This document shows, one piece after another, positions 25,902 through 35,900 of a stretch of DNA of 64,000 nt. The first letter of the stretch is position 1. Each line of letters begins with the position of its first letter. Under the pieces are notes generated by a model. That model ran no database searches. It was given only the letters and a program-made list of their open reading frames with translations, and had not been told where the DNA came from. The stretch comes from an uncultured virus (IMG/VR IMGVR_UViG_3300007512_002491). Its lineage: Duplodnaviria; Heunggongvirae; Uroviricota; Caudoviricetes. The stretch lies in the IMG/VR virus record IMGVR_UViG_3300007512_002491; one strand, 5' to 3'. The position numbers and the translations under genes were made by a program.

Positions 25902-28900
25902 TTATTCGCCTTCTTGAGCTCTTTCAACTATACCAGAAGCTTTTTGAATCATGGTGTCTAAAGATTCGTAAGCTCCATAAGCATCTCCAAATGGAACCAT
26001 ATCAAAACTTGTTTCAAAAGTGCCAGGAGAAAGGTCGTGAGTTAAGCCATTTACTGCATAAGTGTTGTCAACCGAAGTTCCTGTAAAGAAGTCTACAAAC
26101 ATTTGCTGACCGTGAGAAACTAAAGGACAACCCAAAGACTTGATTTTTATTTTCATTGGCATCATTCTTAACGGAAGGCCACGGTCTTGTTCTCCGGGAG
26201 CATTAGCGTCTGAAGACGCATTTCTTTGAGCTCTTTGCATATGAATAGTAGTATCTTTAGAGTTATGCATAGAATCTGCAGATATTGATTTCACAGAACA
26301 GTTTTGGCTCCCATAATTTATTGTTGGCATTGACATTTTGACAAAGTGTTTAAGTCTTGGTACTCCACCAACAGGACGCCAGAATTCTCCACCTCCAGCT
26401 GCTGCACTAGCGACAACTTTTTCTAGCAGTCCGTGCTCTACAGCTGATTCCATAGTTTGTTTGAACTGAATGCCGTGCTGGCTTTGATCTCCATCTTCTG
26501 TCGATATAACATCTCTTAAAACAGAAGCTATAGATCCTATATCGCTATTTCTTGACGCTTTAATTAAATCTGCTTCCCCAGCATATTTTGTTGCAACAGC
26601 ATCAAAGAAATGTAGCCGAAGTATTGTGTTTCCGTGGCCGGGTCTCCAAGGTTCACCTGCTTCGCTTGGATCTACATCTGCGGTATGAGGAACGGCTTCA
26701 ACATACATTTGTACTCTTGGAAGTTTAAATACTAAGCCTTCTGTTGTACCGTAAGCCTCTTCAAGGACCGCATCCTTAAACGTCTTAGTGTCTCCAGGAT
26801 TGTTGTTTGAAGTTTCGGTGACTTCAACTTTTCCGTCGTCATTTCTTGTGTATAGTTTAGAGAATCCATATGCTTCTGCGGCCTGATTGCTTAAAAAGTT
26901 AGTATTCATAAAATTTATAAATCTAGCAGGAGAAACTTGAATTTTCTCTTCTTGATATGCTGTGAAAAGTTTATCAAATCCATTATCCCCATCTATTCTA
27001 ACTGGATAAGAGCCTATATTGTATTTAGCCATATGGCTTGCTCTATCATTAAAGCAATAAAATATCATTTGAACTTCTTCAAATCTTCCGCTCTCTGCAA
27101 TAGGCAAACCTAAAAATAAGTTCATTATTTTTGCTAATGAACAGTAGTTCGCATTGTCTTCTGGAGATATAGTAGCGCTTCCCCTCCCCTGCCAAGAAGG
27201 TTGAATCCATGGAGTTATTAAAGGATCTCCATTTCTTTTAACTAAAAAAGGGTCTCCCACAGCTTTTGCTTGAGTTATTTTAGCAGCGATCACATCACCA
27301 ATCGTAGTATTAAAACTTTCTACACTACTCTTTAAGTCATTCATATATGTGGCAAGATCAGCCATATCTTCATTTTCACTATTAAGACTATTTGAAATAA
27401 AGGCATTAAGCTCTTGAAGTTTTTCTCCATCAAAAGCGTCTCCAATGTTGCTAGGGCTTAAAGAAGAAATTACACTCATTCCAATTACATCTCTCATACC
27501 CTCATCAGAAAGAACTTGTCTTCTTACTTGACGGATTTTTTCGATCAGCTTTTCCATGAAATACCACTTAGCTTGAACTTCACTGCTCATGCCGATGTCA
27601 GTAATATTCATATGGGCAGTACCTTTAGTTACCATATCTAGCGTAATTTTAACCTGGCCCGCGTCATCAAAGCTGTAAGCTGTATTGTAGACACCAAATT
27701 TCTCTTTAACTCTTAAACAATTTATAAATTTTCCGTATTCATTTGTAGCCCAATCGGGATGACTCCAGCCGTACTCTAGCAAGATTTCCGTTTGGCCAAA
27801 ACTAGAAGGTTTTACGAATTCAGCTATTTCAGCCAATCTAGATCTATCATGAAGAGTAAGCTTCATTTTTGCAGATTTATGAGACATCATTCCGTTAGTT
27901 GGCTTGACGCTAATATTTACATCGTTGATGCTCATAAATGGCCGCATCCGATCTAAAATGGGGGCGGGCCGCGTAGATCCTGGCTCTCCGGGAAAAAAGA
28001 ATTCTTGGTTATTAGCTCTTTCTTCTGCCGACATGGCAGCTCCTATATCTGCGATTCCACCCTCTATATGACTATAAGCAATCCCTTCAAAAGATCTATA
28101 TTGTTCGTCTGCATTTATTAGTGTCTGGGGAGCAGTAAAAATTTCCATCCCGGCAGAAGAATATGTTGCTGGAGCAGCCTCTTCGTCACTCTGGAGCTCT
28201 TCGGGTAAATCTGCCTGTCTATTTTCTTCTATGGCTGCATCTATTATAGCGGCAGCATTCATTCCTGCAACGTCGGCAGAGACTGCATTTGCCATTATTT
28301 CATCGGGAGAGCCACCAGAATCACTTTGGACGAATGCAGTGCCCATTAAAAATCTCATTAAACCCATTTTTTGAATGAATCCACCCTGAATTACATTGCC
28401 TGGACTTATTACTTCGGCTGATAGATAAGGAACCGCTCTGGACCACTCAATTGTAGGAATAGCATTAAGAAAAATTTGAAGGGCACCAGTATCTCTATTA
28501 GAAAAGTTAAGCTTAACTGGTAAAACCTGGATAGTGGAAAGCGCGGGTTGAGATCTCATGTAAGGCTGATTTTGGTTTACTCCTGCTGCTGTAGCTCCCA
28601 ACATATCAGCCATCGTTACTGCTTCGTGCCGTAAGCCAGCTGGGTCTCCAACATCATCTTTACAGACAAAAATAAAAGCATTTTGAAGCGCAGATTTAGA
28701 TTCTGCGTCTATTCCATCAAATTTGCTAGATGACAAAAGTTCATACGAATATTTTCCGCCATCAACTATAGATACTACTTCTTTAGCTAGCTCATCGTCT
28801 ACTTTATAATAGACGATCATCACAGACCCATCTGGTTGTTCCACAAACTCTGGATTAGTTTCTAAAACTTTGTCCATAAAGCGATCTTTTGTGTTGGCAC

Positions 28901-28973
28901 CAAAATACCCACCAAGGGATTGGCAAGCCTGTTCTAGCATTTCTGCTTTTCCCATAGTGGCCCCCTTAAACAA
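25902..28973 (-). CDS. putative baseplate hub / tail structural protein
   Basis: Follows the LysM-like gene. LEYGWSHP and C-terminal LGCP...FVDF.TGT..DN.Y.V..LTH.L.PG.FET resemble hub (gp27/gpD-like) proteins. Confidence 0.6.
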   Translation of the reverse strand: MFKGATMGKAEMLEQACQSLGGYFGANTKDRFMDKVLETNPEFVEQPDGSVMIVYYKVDDELAKEVVSIVDGGKYSYELLSSSKFDGIDAESKSALQNAFIFVCKDDVGDPAGLRHEAVTMADMLGATAAGVNQNQPYMRSQPALSTIQVLPVKLNFSNRDTGALQIFLNAIPTIEWSRAVPYLSAEVISPGNVIQGGFIQKMGLMRFLMGTAFVQSDSGGSPDEIMANAVSADVAGMNAAAIIDAAIEENRQADLPEELQSDEEAAPATYSSAGMEIFTAPQTLINADEQYRSFEGIAYSHIEGGIADIGAAMSAEERANNQEFFFPGEPGSTRPAPILDRMRPFMSINDVNISVKPTNGMMSHKSAKMKLTLHDRSRLAEIAEFVKPSSFGQTEILLEYGWSHPDWATNEYGKFINCLRVKEKFGVYNTAYSFDDAGQVKITLDMVTKGTAHMNITDIGMSSEVQAKWYFMEKLIEKIRQVRRQVLSDEGMRDVIGMSVISSLSPSNIGDAFDGEKLQELNAFISNSLNSENEDMADLATYMNDLKSSVESFNTTIGDVIAAKITQAKAVGDPFLVKRNGDPLITPWIQPSWQGRGSATISPEDNANYCSLAKIMNLFLGLPIAESGRFEEVQMIFYCFNDRASHMAKYNIGSYPVRIDGDNGFDKLFTAYQEEKIQVSPARFINFMNTNFLSNQAAEAYGFSKLYTRNDDGKVEVTETSNNNPGDTKTFKDAVLEEAYGTTEGLVFKLPRVQMYVEAVPHTADVDPSEAGEPWRPGHGNTILRLHFFDAVATKYAGEADLIKASRNSDIGSIASVLRDVISTEDGDQSQHGIQFKQTMESAVEHGLLEKVVASAAAGGGEFWRPVGGVPRLKHFVKMSMPTINYGSQNCSVKSISADSMHNSKDTTIHMQRAQRNASSDANAPGEQDRGLPLRMMPMKIKIKSLGCPLVSHGQQMFVDFFTGTSVDNTYAVNGLTHDLSPGTFETSFDMVPFGDAYGAYESLDTMIQKASGIVERAQEGE

Positions 28974-29259
28974 ACATCGCTATATCTTCTAAATTAGAAG
29001 GTATTCTTAAAACTACGCCTGGCGGAACTTGAGTTCCCCACCCGATACCAGAAGCTGCGGCTATGATCCACCACAGGGACGCGTTGCCCCAAACTTCTCC
29101 AGCGATAGTGTCTAAGCGCTCGCCCTCTTTGGATACTCTTCTGTAGTAACTAATTTGGCCGCGCTTAACAGCATAATAAATGGCTGTGGAACCTTTAGAA
29201 GTGCCATACTGAGTACCACCTTTTACAATTTGTGTTCTTCCATATCTAGAAACGCTCAT
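28966..29259 (-). CDS. LysM-like baseplate wedge protein (gp53/P2 gpX-like)
   Basis: GERLDTIAGEVWGNASLWWIIAAAS...VPPGVVLRIP. Confidence 0.8.
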   Translation of the reverse strand: MSVSRYGRTQIVKGGTQYGTSKGSTAIYYAVKRGQISYYRRVSKEGERLDTIAGEVWGNASLWWIIAAASGIGWGTQVPPGVVLRIPSNLEDIAMFV

Positions 29260-29262
29260 TTT

Positions 29263-32200
29263 TTATTCCAGTTCCGGTGTAGTAGTGGGCGGAGGTGGCG
29301 GAGTAGTCATTGACTTAAACACTTCGAGGGCCCTGAAGTACGCTTCGTCTCCATATCCTGCGTTTGGAGCTCCATACAAGCCCCTAACTTTACTTCCAAC
29401 TGGATGTGAAACTGCCCTCATTGAACCGTCGTGCGCCAAGCCAAGAGGAATATCATGTATTGGAGAAAATCCAATAGAAACTTTAACCATTTGTGGAGCT
29501 CTGCTTCCAGGAGCAGTTTCCCAACCAACCTTGTCTATCATATAATCAAAATCTAGCGCGTTTATTACCCCAGCTATTCCTTGTCCACCCGCAGACTTAA
29601 ATGACCGAACAACTGCATTTTCTTCAGCAGAAAAGAATTTTCTCACTTCTTCTGCATAAAACCACTCTGCGTCGTTTGCTATTCCAGCCCTGCCACTAGT
29701 ATCACCAGCAGCTCCTGGCATACCAGCTGGCGGTATTGCGGCTCCACCAGCTGCAAAAGCTTCGGCTATAAAAGCGTTTATGTACCGCTGTTGAATGTTT
29801 GATTTTTCTGTTGACACATTTGCTTGATTCGCTATAACAACTACTGGATCGTCCCCCAAAGAAGGTAGTTCAACAATATATTTGACTTCTGGCGGTTGCT
29901 CCGCTTCTTGGCCAGCTTTAGAAACATCATCTTCCGACATTCCCAAAGTGATCATGGGTGTGGCAATCCAGCCCTTCACGACACCTTCTCTATTTTGCGC
30001 TTCTGTTAATTGTATCTCTCCAGCAGCTGAATCGATTTCGAAAGTTCCAGGAACTAAGCCAGATTTTGCCCGCGGGAACTTGTTGGCTGTTACTTCAACG
30101 GGCATATCTGGAGCAAAGCCCTGGGCTGGCATGACCGGCAGGCCTAAAGAAAGAGTAGTTATGAGGCCAAGGACATCACCATACGGAGGAGGGCCGAGAT
30201 TTGCTTTTTCTAATAAAGCACGAGCATTAGCGCTGGCAGCTTCAATTTTTTCTTGAATCTCTTGTGATTTTTCTGCATCGTCTACAACTAAGCCAAAAGC
30301 ATTGGTCACAATTCCAAAAAGCCTTTCAAGATTTAAATCAGAATAATTTGTTTTAAATAATTCTCCTACCCTCAACCTGACTAATGGTGAAGCAGTTGGA
30401 ATTTGCGAAAATGGCTGAATAAACTTATTACCTTCAGCGTCTTGCCGCTGAATTCCTTTAGACCACTGTGGATACACCATTGCGACCAATCTGTTTATAG
30501 AATACCACATTTCATCATGATCATCTGGATTAGTTGCAGCTATATAAAAGTTTATCCCCATTTTTCGCTGAGTGTTTTGGTATATTTGGACTGGGTCCAT
30601 TCGACCAAAGCCTTCTTCTTCTTTCCATTTTGGCGCGAAACTATCTGTGATCGCTTCAAAAAACGCATGGAAAGAAAGAATTTCATTAGTTCTTACATCA
30701 TGTAAATAAAATGGCATATAAGAAGTATCTAAAATGTTTTCTATCCTATCTACTTCCTCTTGGTCTATTCTAAATTTACCAGCTGGCATACGTTGTATTT
30801 TTTCATATCCGTTTGGATTATCAGTAGAATCTGCCTCAGAAGTAAAAGCATTTTTTAGAGATAATCCTGGCCAATTTTTTCTTTTCACGTAAGTATCAAA
30901 ACCAGCAGGAAGTAAATGCATAGACGGAGTAGATCCAAATCTCCATGATAAAGAAGTAGAATCATCTGTTTGCCCAGCAACCAGTGTTCTAGACTTTGTG
31001 TGTGCAACAGCAAGCGTTGGCTTAATTTGTTCAGGCGGAATTCCATCTGGATAAGGGCTTTGAGTCCATGGACCTTTGCCGCCCCACCCGCCAGTGAGAT
31101 AACCAATATCGCCTATTTTGGCTATAGTGTTTAAAAAATTAAACGTTGTAGAAGTTGCAAATGCCTCCATTATCATAAACAAGCCTGCGATAAAGCCTAT
31201 CGGATCTGTAATTGATGGCATATTTGAAAAAGCGTCAGCTATTTGCTCTACATCTCGAATTGCGGCTCTAGACACTATAGTATAATATCCGGCGCTCACT
31301 CCCAAAAGCTTAGAGTAAAACTGAACTGCGCCCAAGGACATACATTTCCAGAATGGCTCTCCAGATCTAAGAACTGGCATGTTTAAAAACTTTTTAATAC
31401 TTTGGCCAGTGCCACCTCTTCCATATGCGGGAGTTCCAGATGCAGCTCCCAATGGATATATTTGCCCAGGTTGAGTAGCGTCTACATTTGGAAATATTAA
31501 GATTATTAAATCTAAAAATAGGCCGATGATGACTCCAGCAACTAAAGTTGCTAACGCAGATAAAACAGCCAATAAAATCATTGAAGTTGGGAGTGGTCCT
31601 CCAAAAGGCTCGAGATAACTGTTTAGTTGCCCGAATGATTTTTTGCTTTCAGCATCTAGAGGCTCTGTAGCAGAACCCTTTCTGCGTATACCTTTCTCAT
31701 CAATATAGTTAAAAGTAGATCCTTCAGTGGTGATTCCTGCAACTGAATCTAGGGTGGCAGCAGCATCTAAATCTACCACATCCACTTTTTTCATTGCTAG
31801 CTGAGGTAATATTCCAGTTAACATCGCGCCACCAGTGCCTTGACTATCTGGATCAGAATTATCTCCTGTTGCTCTTAACATAAGGGATAGACCAACTTTT
31901 GCTAAATCTTCCAAAGAAGGAGTTTTTCCATTTTCATCGAACTCGCCAAACTTTGTTTGATTAGCCCAAATTCCTCTTGAGTACTCTCTGTCTTGGATAT
32001 ACGGAGACTCTCCTCCAGGGCTAAATCTATTATATCTTAAGACTCCGTTTATCCTTCCCTGCAAAGCAGTTTTAGAACTATCTCCATAGTTTGTAGTGCC
32101 AGCTGTATTAAAGGGGTCTCCTTCGACGCTAGACAATAGTGTGTTTCCCGTTTTTGCTTCATCTGCAGATTGTGGGTTATTTTTTTCTAATAAAGTAGCT

Positions 32201-32562
32201 AATTGAGTTGGTGTAAAAGTTCCGCCCTCGCGGGTGTCAGGTGTACCACCAGCGGTAATGTTTTCAAAATAAGAAGAAGCTTGATCTAACACATCATCAA
32301 AAAATACCCTTGCACTAGAACTTTCTCCCCCAGTTACAATTGGAGGTCTTTCTATTTGCCCTTGGAATGCTGGATTTCTCTCTAACCCGCTTGCTGGGCC
32401 GTATGTATTTTTTGAAGTTGTGTCTGCAAGCCAATCTCCCAAAGTTTGCTTAGGGGGATCAGCGCTAGTGATACCTTGGATCTCATCGGGTAAATCAATA
32501 TTAACTGTCCCGTCAGCATTAGACGGCTCAGGAGCAAAATCAGAATCTTTTATTTCACTCAT
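29263..32562 (-). CDS. putative baseplate/tail-tube initiator protein with hydrophobic segments
   Basis: FHAFFEAITDSFAPKW...GRMDPVQIYQNTQRKMGINF...LVAMVYP...PLVRLRVGE resembles tube-initiator domains; lies after the tape measure gene. Confidence 0.6.
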   Translation of the reverse strand: MSEIKDSDFAPEPSNADGTVNIDLPDEIQGITSADPPKQTLGDWLADTTSKNTYGPASGLERNPAFQGQIERPPIVTGGESSSARVFFDDVLDQASSYFENITAGGTPDTREGGTFTPTQLATLLEKNNPQSADEAKTGNTLLSSVEGDPFNTAGTTNYGDSSKTALQGRINGVLRYNRFSPGGESPYIQDREYSRGIWANQTKFGEFDENGKTPSLEDLAKVGLSLMLRATGDNSDPDSQGTGGAMLTGILPQLAMKKVDVVDLDAAATLDSVAGITTEGSTFNYIDEKGIRRKGSATEPLDAESKKSFGQLNSYLEPFGGPLPTSMILLAVLSALATLVAGVIIGLFLDLIILIFPNVDATQPGQIYPLGAASGTPAYGRGGTGQSIKKFLNMPVLRSGEPFWKCMSLGAVQFYSKLLGVSAGYYTIVSRAAIRDVEQIADAFSNMPSITDPIGFIAGLFMIMEAFATSTTFNFLNTIAKIGDIGYLTGGWGGKGPWTQSPYPDGIPPEQIKPTLAVAHTKSRTLVAGQTDDSTSLSWRFGSTPSMHLLPAGFDTYVKRKNWPGLSLKNAFTSEADSTDNPNGYEKIQRMPAGKFRIDQEEVDRIENILDTSYMPFYLHDVRTNEILSFHAFFEAITDSFAPKWKEEEGFGRMDPVQIYQNTQRKMGINFYIAATNPDDHDEMWYSINRLVAMVYPQWSKGIQRQDAEGNKFIQPFSQIPTASPLVRLRVGELFKTNYSDLNLERLFGIVTNAFGLVVDDAEKSQEIQEKIEAASANARALLEKANLGPPPYGDVLGLITTLSLGLPVMPAQGFAPDMPVEVTANKFPRAKSGLVPGTFEIDSAAGEIQLTEAQNREGVVKGWIATPMITLGMSEDDVSKAGQEAEQPPEVKYIVELPSLGDDPVVVIANQANVSTEKSNIQQRYINAFIAEAFAAGGAAIPPAGMPGAAGDTSGRAGIANDAEWFYAEEVRKFFSAEENAVVRSFKSAGGQGIAGVINALDFDYMIDKVGWETAPGSRAPQMVKVSIGFSPIHDIPLGLAHDGSMRAVSHPVGSKVRGLYGAPNAGYGDEAYFRALEVFKSMTTPPPPPTTTPELE

Positions 32563-32609
32563 TTTATCTCCTTTTAATTTATTTACCGCTATTCATAAAT
32601 AGCAAGGCT

Positions 32610-32909
32610 TTATTTTTTCCAGCCATCTATTATCATTTTTCTTAAACGCTGTTTCGACTCTGGATCTTTTAACGCTTCTTTAAAACCATCAAACACTTTT
32701 TGCCAAGCATCTGTTTGCTTTTGGACATCTTCTAAAACTTTTTCTTTTTGTTCTTCTGGGCACTGATCTAAAAAGTGAGAATATGCTTCTAGGGACTCCA
32801 AGGTGCCCTTCACATCAAATTCTGGAATGGCGCTGTCATTCAATTTTTGATTTACGTCTTTTAACTGCTCTTCCGTAAATGCATCTTCTTTTTTATCGTC
32901 TTTACTCAC
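32610..32909 (-). CDS. hypothetical charged protein
   Basis: GTG start with GAGG SD, directly after the tape measure gene. Confidence 0.6.
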   Translation of the reverse strand: MSKDDKKEDAFTEEQLKDVNQKLNDSAIPEFDVKGTLESLEAYSHFLDQCPEEQKEKVLEDVQKQTDAWQKVFDGFKEALKDPESKQRLRKMIIDGWKK

Positions 32910-32920
32910 TTATTTCCTCT

Positions 32921-35900
32921 CTAGTTTGGGTTTTGATTTTCCATGCCTGTTCCGGCTACAACAAGTTTCTTTTCAACTAGCACTTCTGCTAAGTCGTCAG
33001 CTTCCATAGTAACGTTAAGGCTTAACTGAATTGTAAGCCCATTATCTTGGACTGTAATCTGATCTCTGTTGACTTGCAGCCCTGTTTCAACTGCAGACAT
33101 AATAGCGTCAATGTTTATGGGGTCTATTCTTGTTAGTTCTTGAGAAACTGCATTATAAGCATCTACTGCGGTGCCAACAGCAGTGCCAATTGCCAAAGAT
33201 GATGTGCCACTAATTGTCTCCATTATCGCTGTTGAGTGATTTATAAATTGCGCAACGTGTTCAATCATTTGACCAGCGATTTCTAAGTTTGTGCCCGTAC
33301 TTCTACTAATTGGAAGATCATTAATAGCTGTCACCAGATCCCGCATGCTAGACTTGCCTTCCATAGACTTTCCGTGGCCTGTAATAATGGTTGTCACTAT
33401 ATCAAATGCGTTAGTTGCATCAGCGGCAAAAGCTAATGCTCCTCCTGCATCGCCCATATCTCCACCGATGCCTTTTATAACTCTTCCAAACTGAGCCACT
33501 CTTTCTAAGACAGCACTTACTACTTCTAATTTGCCCATTGCAGCTTGGGGATTTCCAATCTCTACACTTAATAAAGCCTCAACTAATCCAGGTATGGCGT
33601 CTTTAACAGCATCAACTATGTCTCTTATATCGTTGGTCAACTGAGCCGCCCTATCTGGATCATCGGCGAATGGGTTCCAAGAATCATCTTCTGGTATTAA
33701 AGAAGCGATTGATCCTATCCCTGAAGCAAAAGACCCAACAGCAGTAAGAGCTTTAGATACAACTTCCATGCTTTTCAATGCTTTTTCTGGATTGTCTATC
33801 TTTTTAGCAGCTTCGATAACTACTTCTAGCATTTCTGGAATGTGCTGTTTCATGGATTTCATAATAGATACAATCGCGCCATTATAAGTTTTCATAGTAT
33901 CAGTCATACTAGCATCATTACTATACCAATGGCGCTGATTTTCATGGATGCACATCATTTCAGCTGCCATACCACCCATAGTAGCTGCCATCTTGCCTAT
34001 TGCGTCTATTGCAATAGCGATGGCTTGCATTTTTTGTATTGCTTTACAGGGGTCTTCGCCTAGATCAAGCTCCATAATAGATTTAAGCATTGGCGGTAAG
34101 TGCTTTGTCATAGTCTTCATGATTCGTACTACTGCGCCACCATAGGCTCCCATAATTCCCGCCACGTCTGGAGCTTGCCTTGACACTCCAAGCATTCCAA
34201 CACTATATGATGGTTTCATAGCTTCAAGTAAAGCGGGTGGAGGCTGAAGTGATGTCATTAAAGTCGATATTGAGGCTATAAGACTGCCCATTGCACCAAG
34301 TTTTCCTATATCATCTTCGCCTATTAAGTTTGTCATCAACACCATGGCATCTATTAGATCGACCATACCGCCAAGCATTGAATCTATAAACGAAGCTGCT
34401 CCCTCTAGTATCGCTCCAGCTTCGCCGCCTTCGGCCGTTGCTATGGTATCTAATACAGCAATTTTTATTGCCATATCTCCGAATTTTTCAGTAGCTTCAA
34501 TAATTTGAAAAATAGCATCCATCTTTTTCTCAAAAGCGGTTGGATCTCCGATTCGCATGGCGCCTATTGTTTCTATAGCTGGAACTAACGATTCAGCCAT
34601 CGAGGAAGCAAGTTCTCCAATAACTTTAAATCCTTTTTTCACAACAGCGATCCCCATTCCAAAAGAAGCCATGGCTACCAAGCCTAAAGCAGCGGCAATT
34701 GGCATGAACAAAGTAACCATTAGCAGAACTTGACCCATTGCTGATAAAAGAAGAATCATTCTTGTTGCGTCTATACCAGACATTGCATTATAAAACTCTA
34801 TCATCGCAGCGCCTAGAACTGTTGACATGACTACAAACAAAGCGCCAGCAGCCAAACTACCAATTAATGCAAGGCCGATGGCTACGAGAGAAGAGCCTAA
34901 TGTAGCTCCAACCATAACCATCCCCCAAGTTGCTAATAGTGCCATTCCCAACATCGCCATGACTTCGATCATTCTCATGAGATCAATACCGGCCATGGTA
35001 TCGTGTAAAGCCACTAAGCCAGCACCGAATATTGGAGCAGTAATCAAGAACAATAATCCAGCAGCGAGCATTCCGAGAGCTGTCATGGCCATCATGACTC
35101 CACCATCGGCTACCAGCAAAGAACCCAAAAGGATCATACCCCAAGTTGCTAGCAGAGCCATACCAAGCATAGCCATAACCTCTACCATTCGCAACAACGG
35201 AATGCCCTCGAGAACACCGTGCATAAGTTTTAAGCCTGTAGCATATAAATAACCAGATACCAAAAACATTCCCGCCGCGGCCAACATACCCATAGAAGCT
35301 TTCATGATATCAGCTTTCTTCATCATTTTAGCAAATTGAATCATTACCCAAGTTGCACCTAATGCCGAAGCTAATCCTACTATGCCCTTCACCATTTCTT
35401 CTACTGAAAGAGCACCTAATATTTTAGATACCAAAAAGAAAGCTCCAGCCAACGCTACCATAGCTATAGAAACGAACGCGACTAAATACATTCCAATTTT
35501 AAAAGCTTTTTTGATGTCTTTCTCAGTAATTTCCTTTAGAGCTTCTATTATTCCTTTATTAGACCTGACTCCGTCTTCTGCGCCTTCACCGACTGCGCCG
35601 CCAACACCTTTACCAGCTGTCTTAGCAATCTTATCAGCCGCACCTTTTGGAAAAAACTTATTCTTTAACCACTCGACAAACATTGCTTGCCCAGCAGCCA
35701 TTGCTAAACCAAGAGCAAATCTGGCGCCGACAAACATACCAAGAGCAGTTGCAGCTTTCTTAAACAGCGCGCTCTTCATAAGAGCATCAAATATTTGCGC
35801 CATAAATTCAGCTAATTTTTTGGCTAGCCAACCAACAATACCCTGGATAGCCCCCCACATTTTTTGTAGACCTTCTTGCATCATGCTAGAGCCTTCGTTA

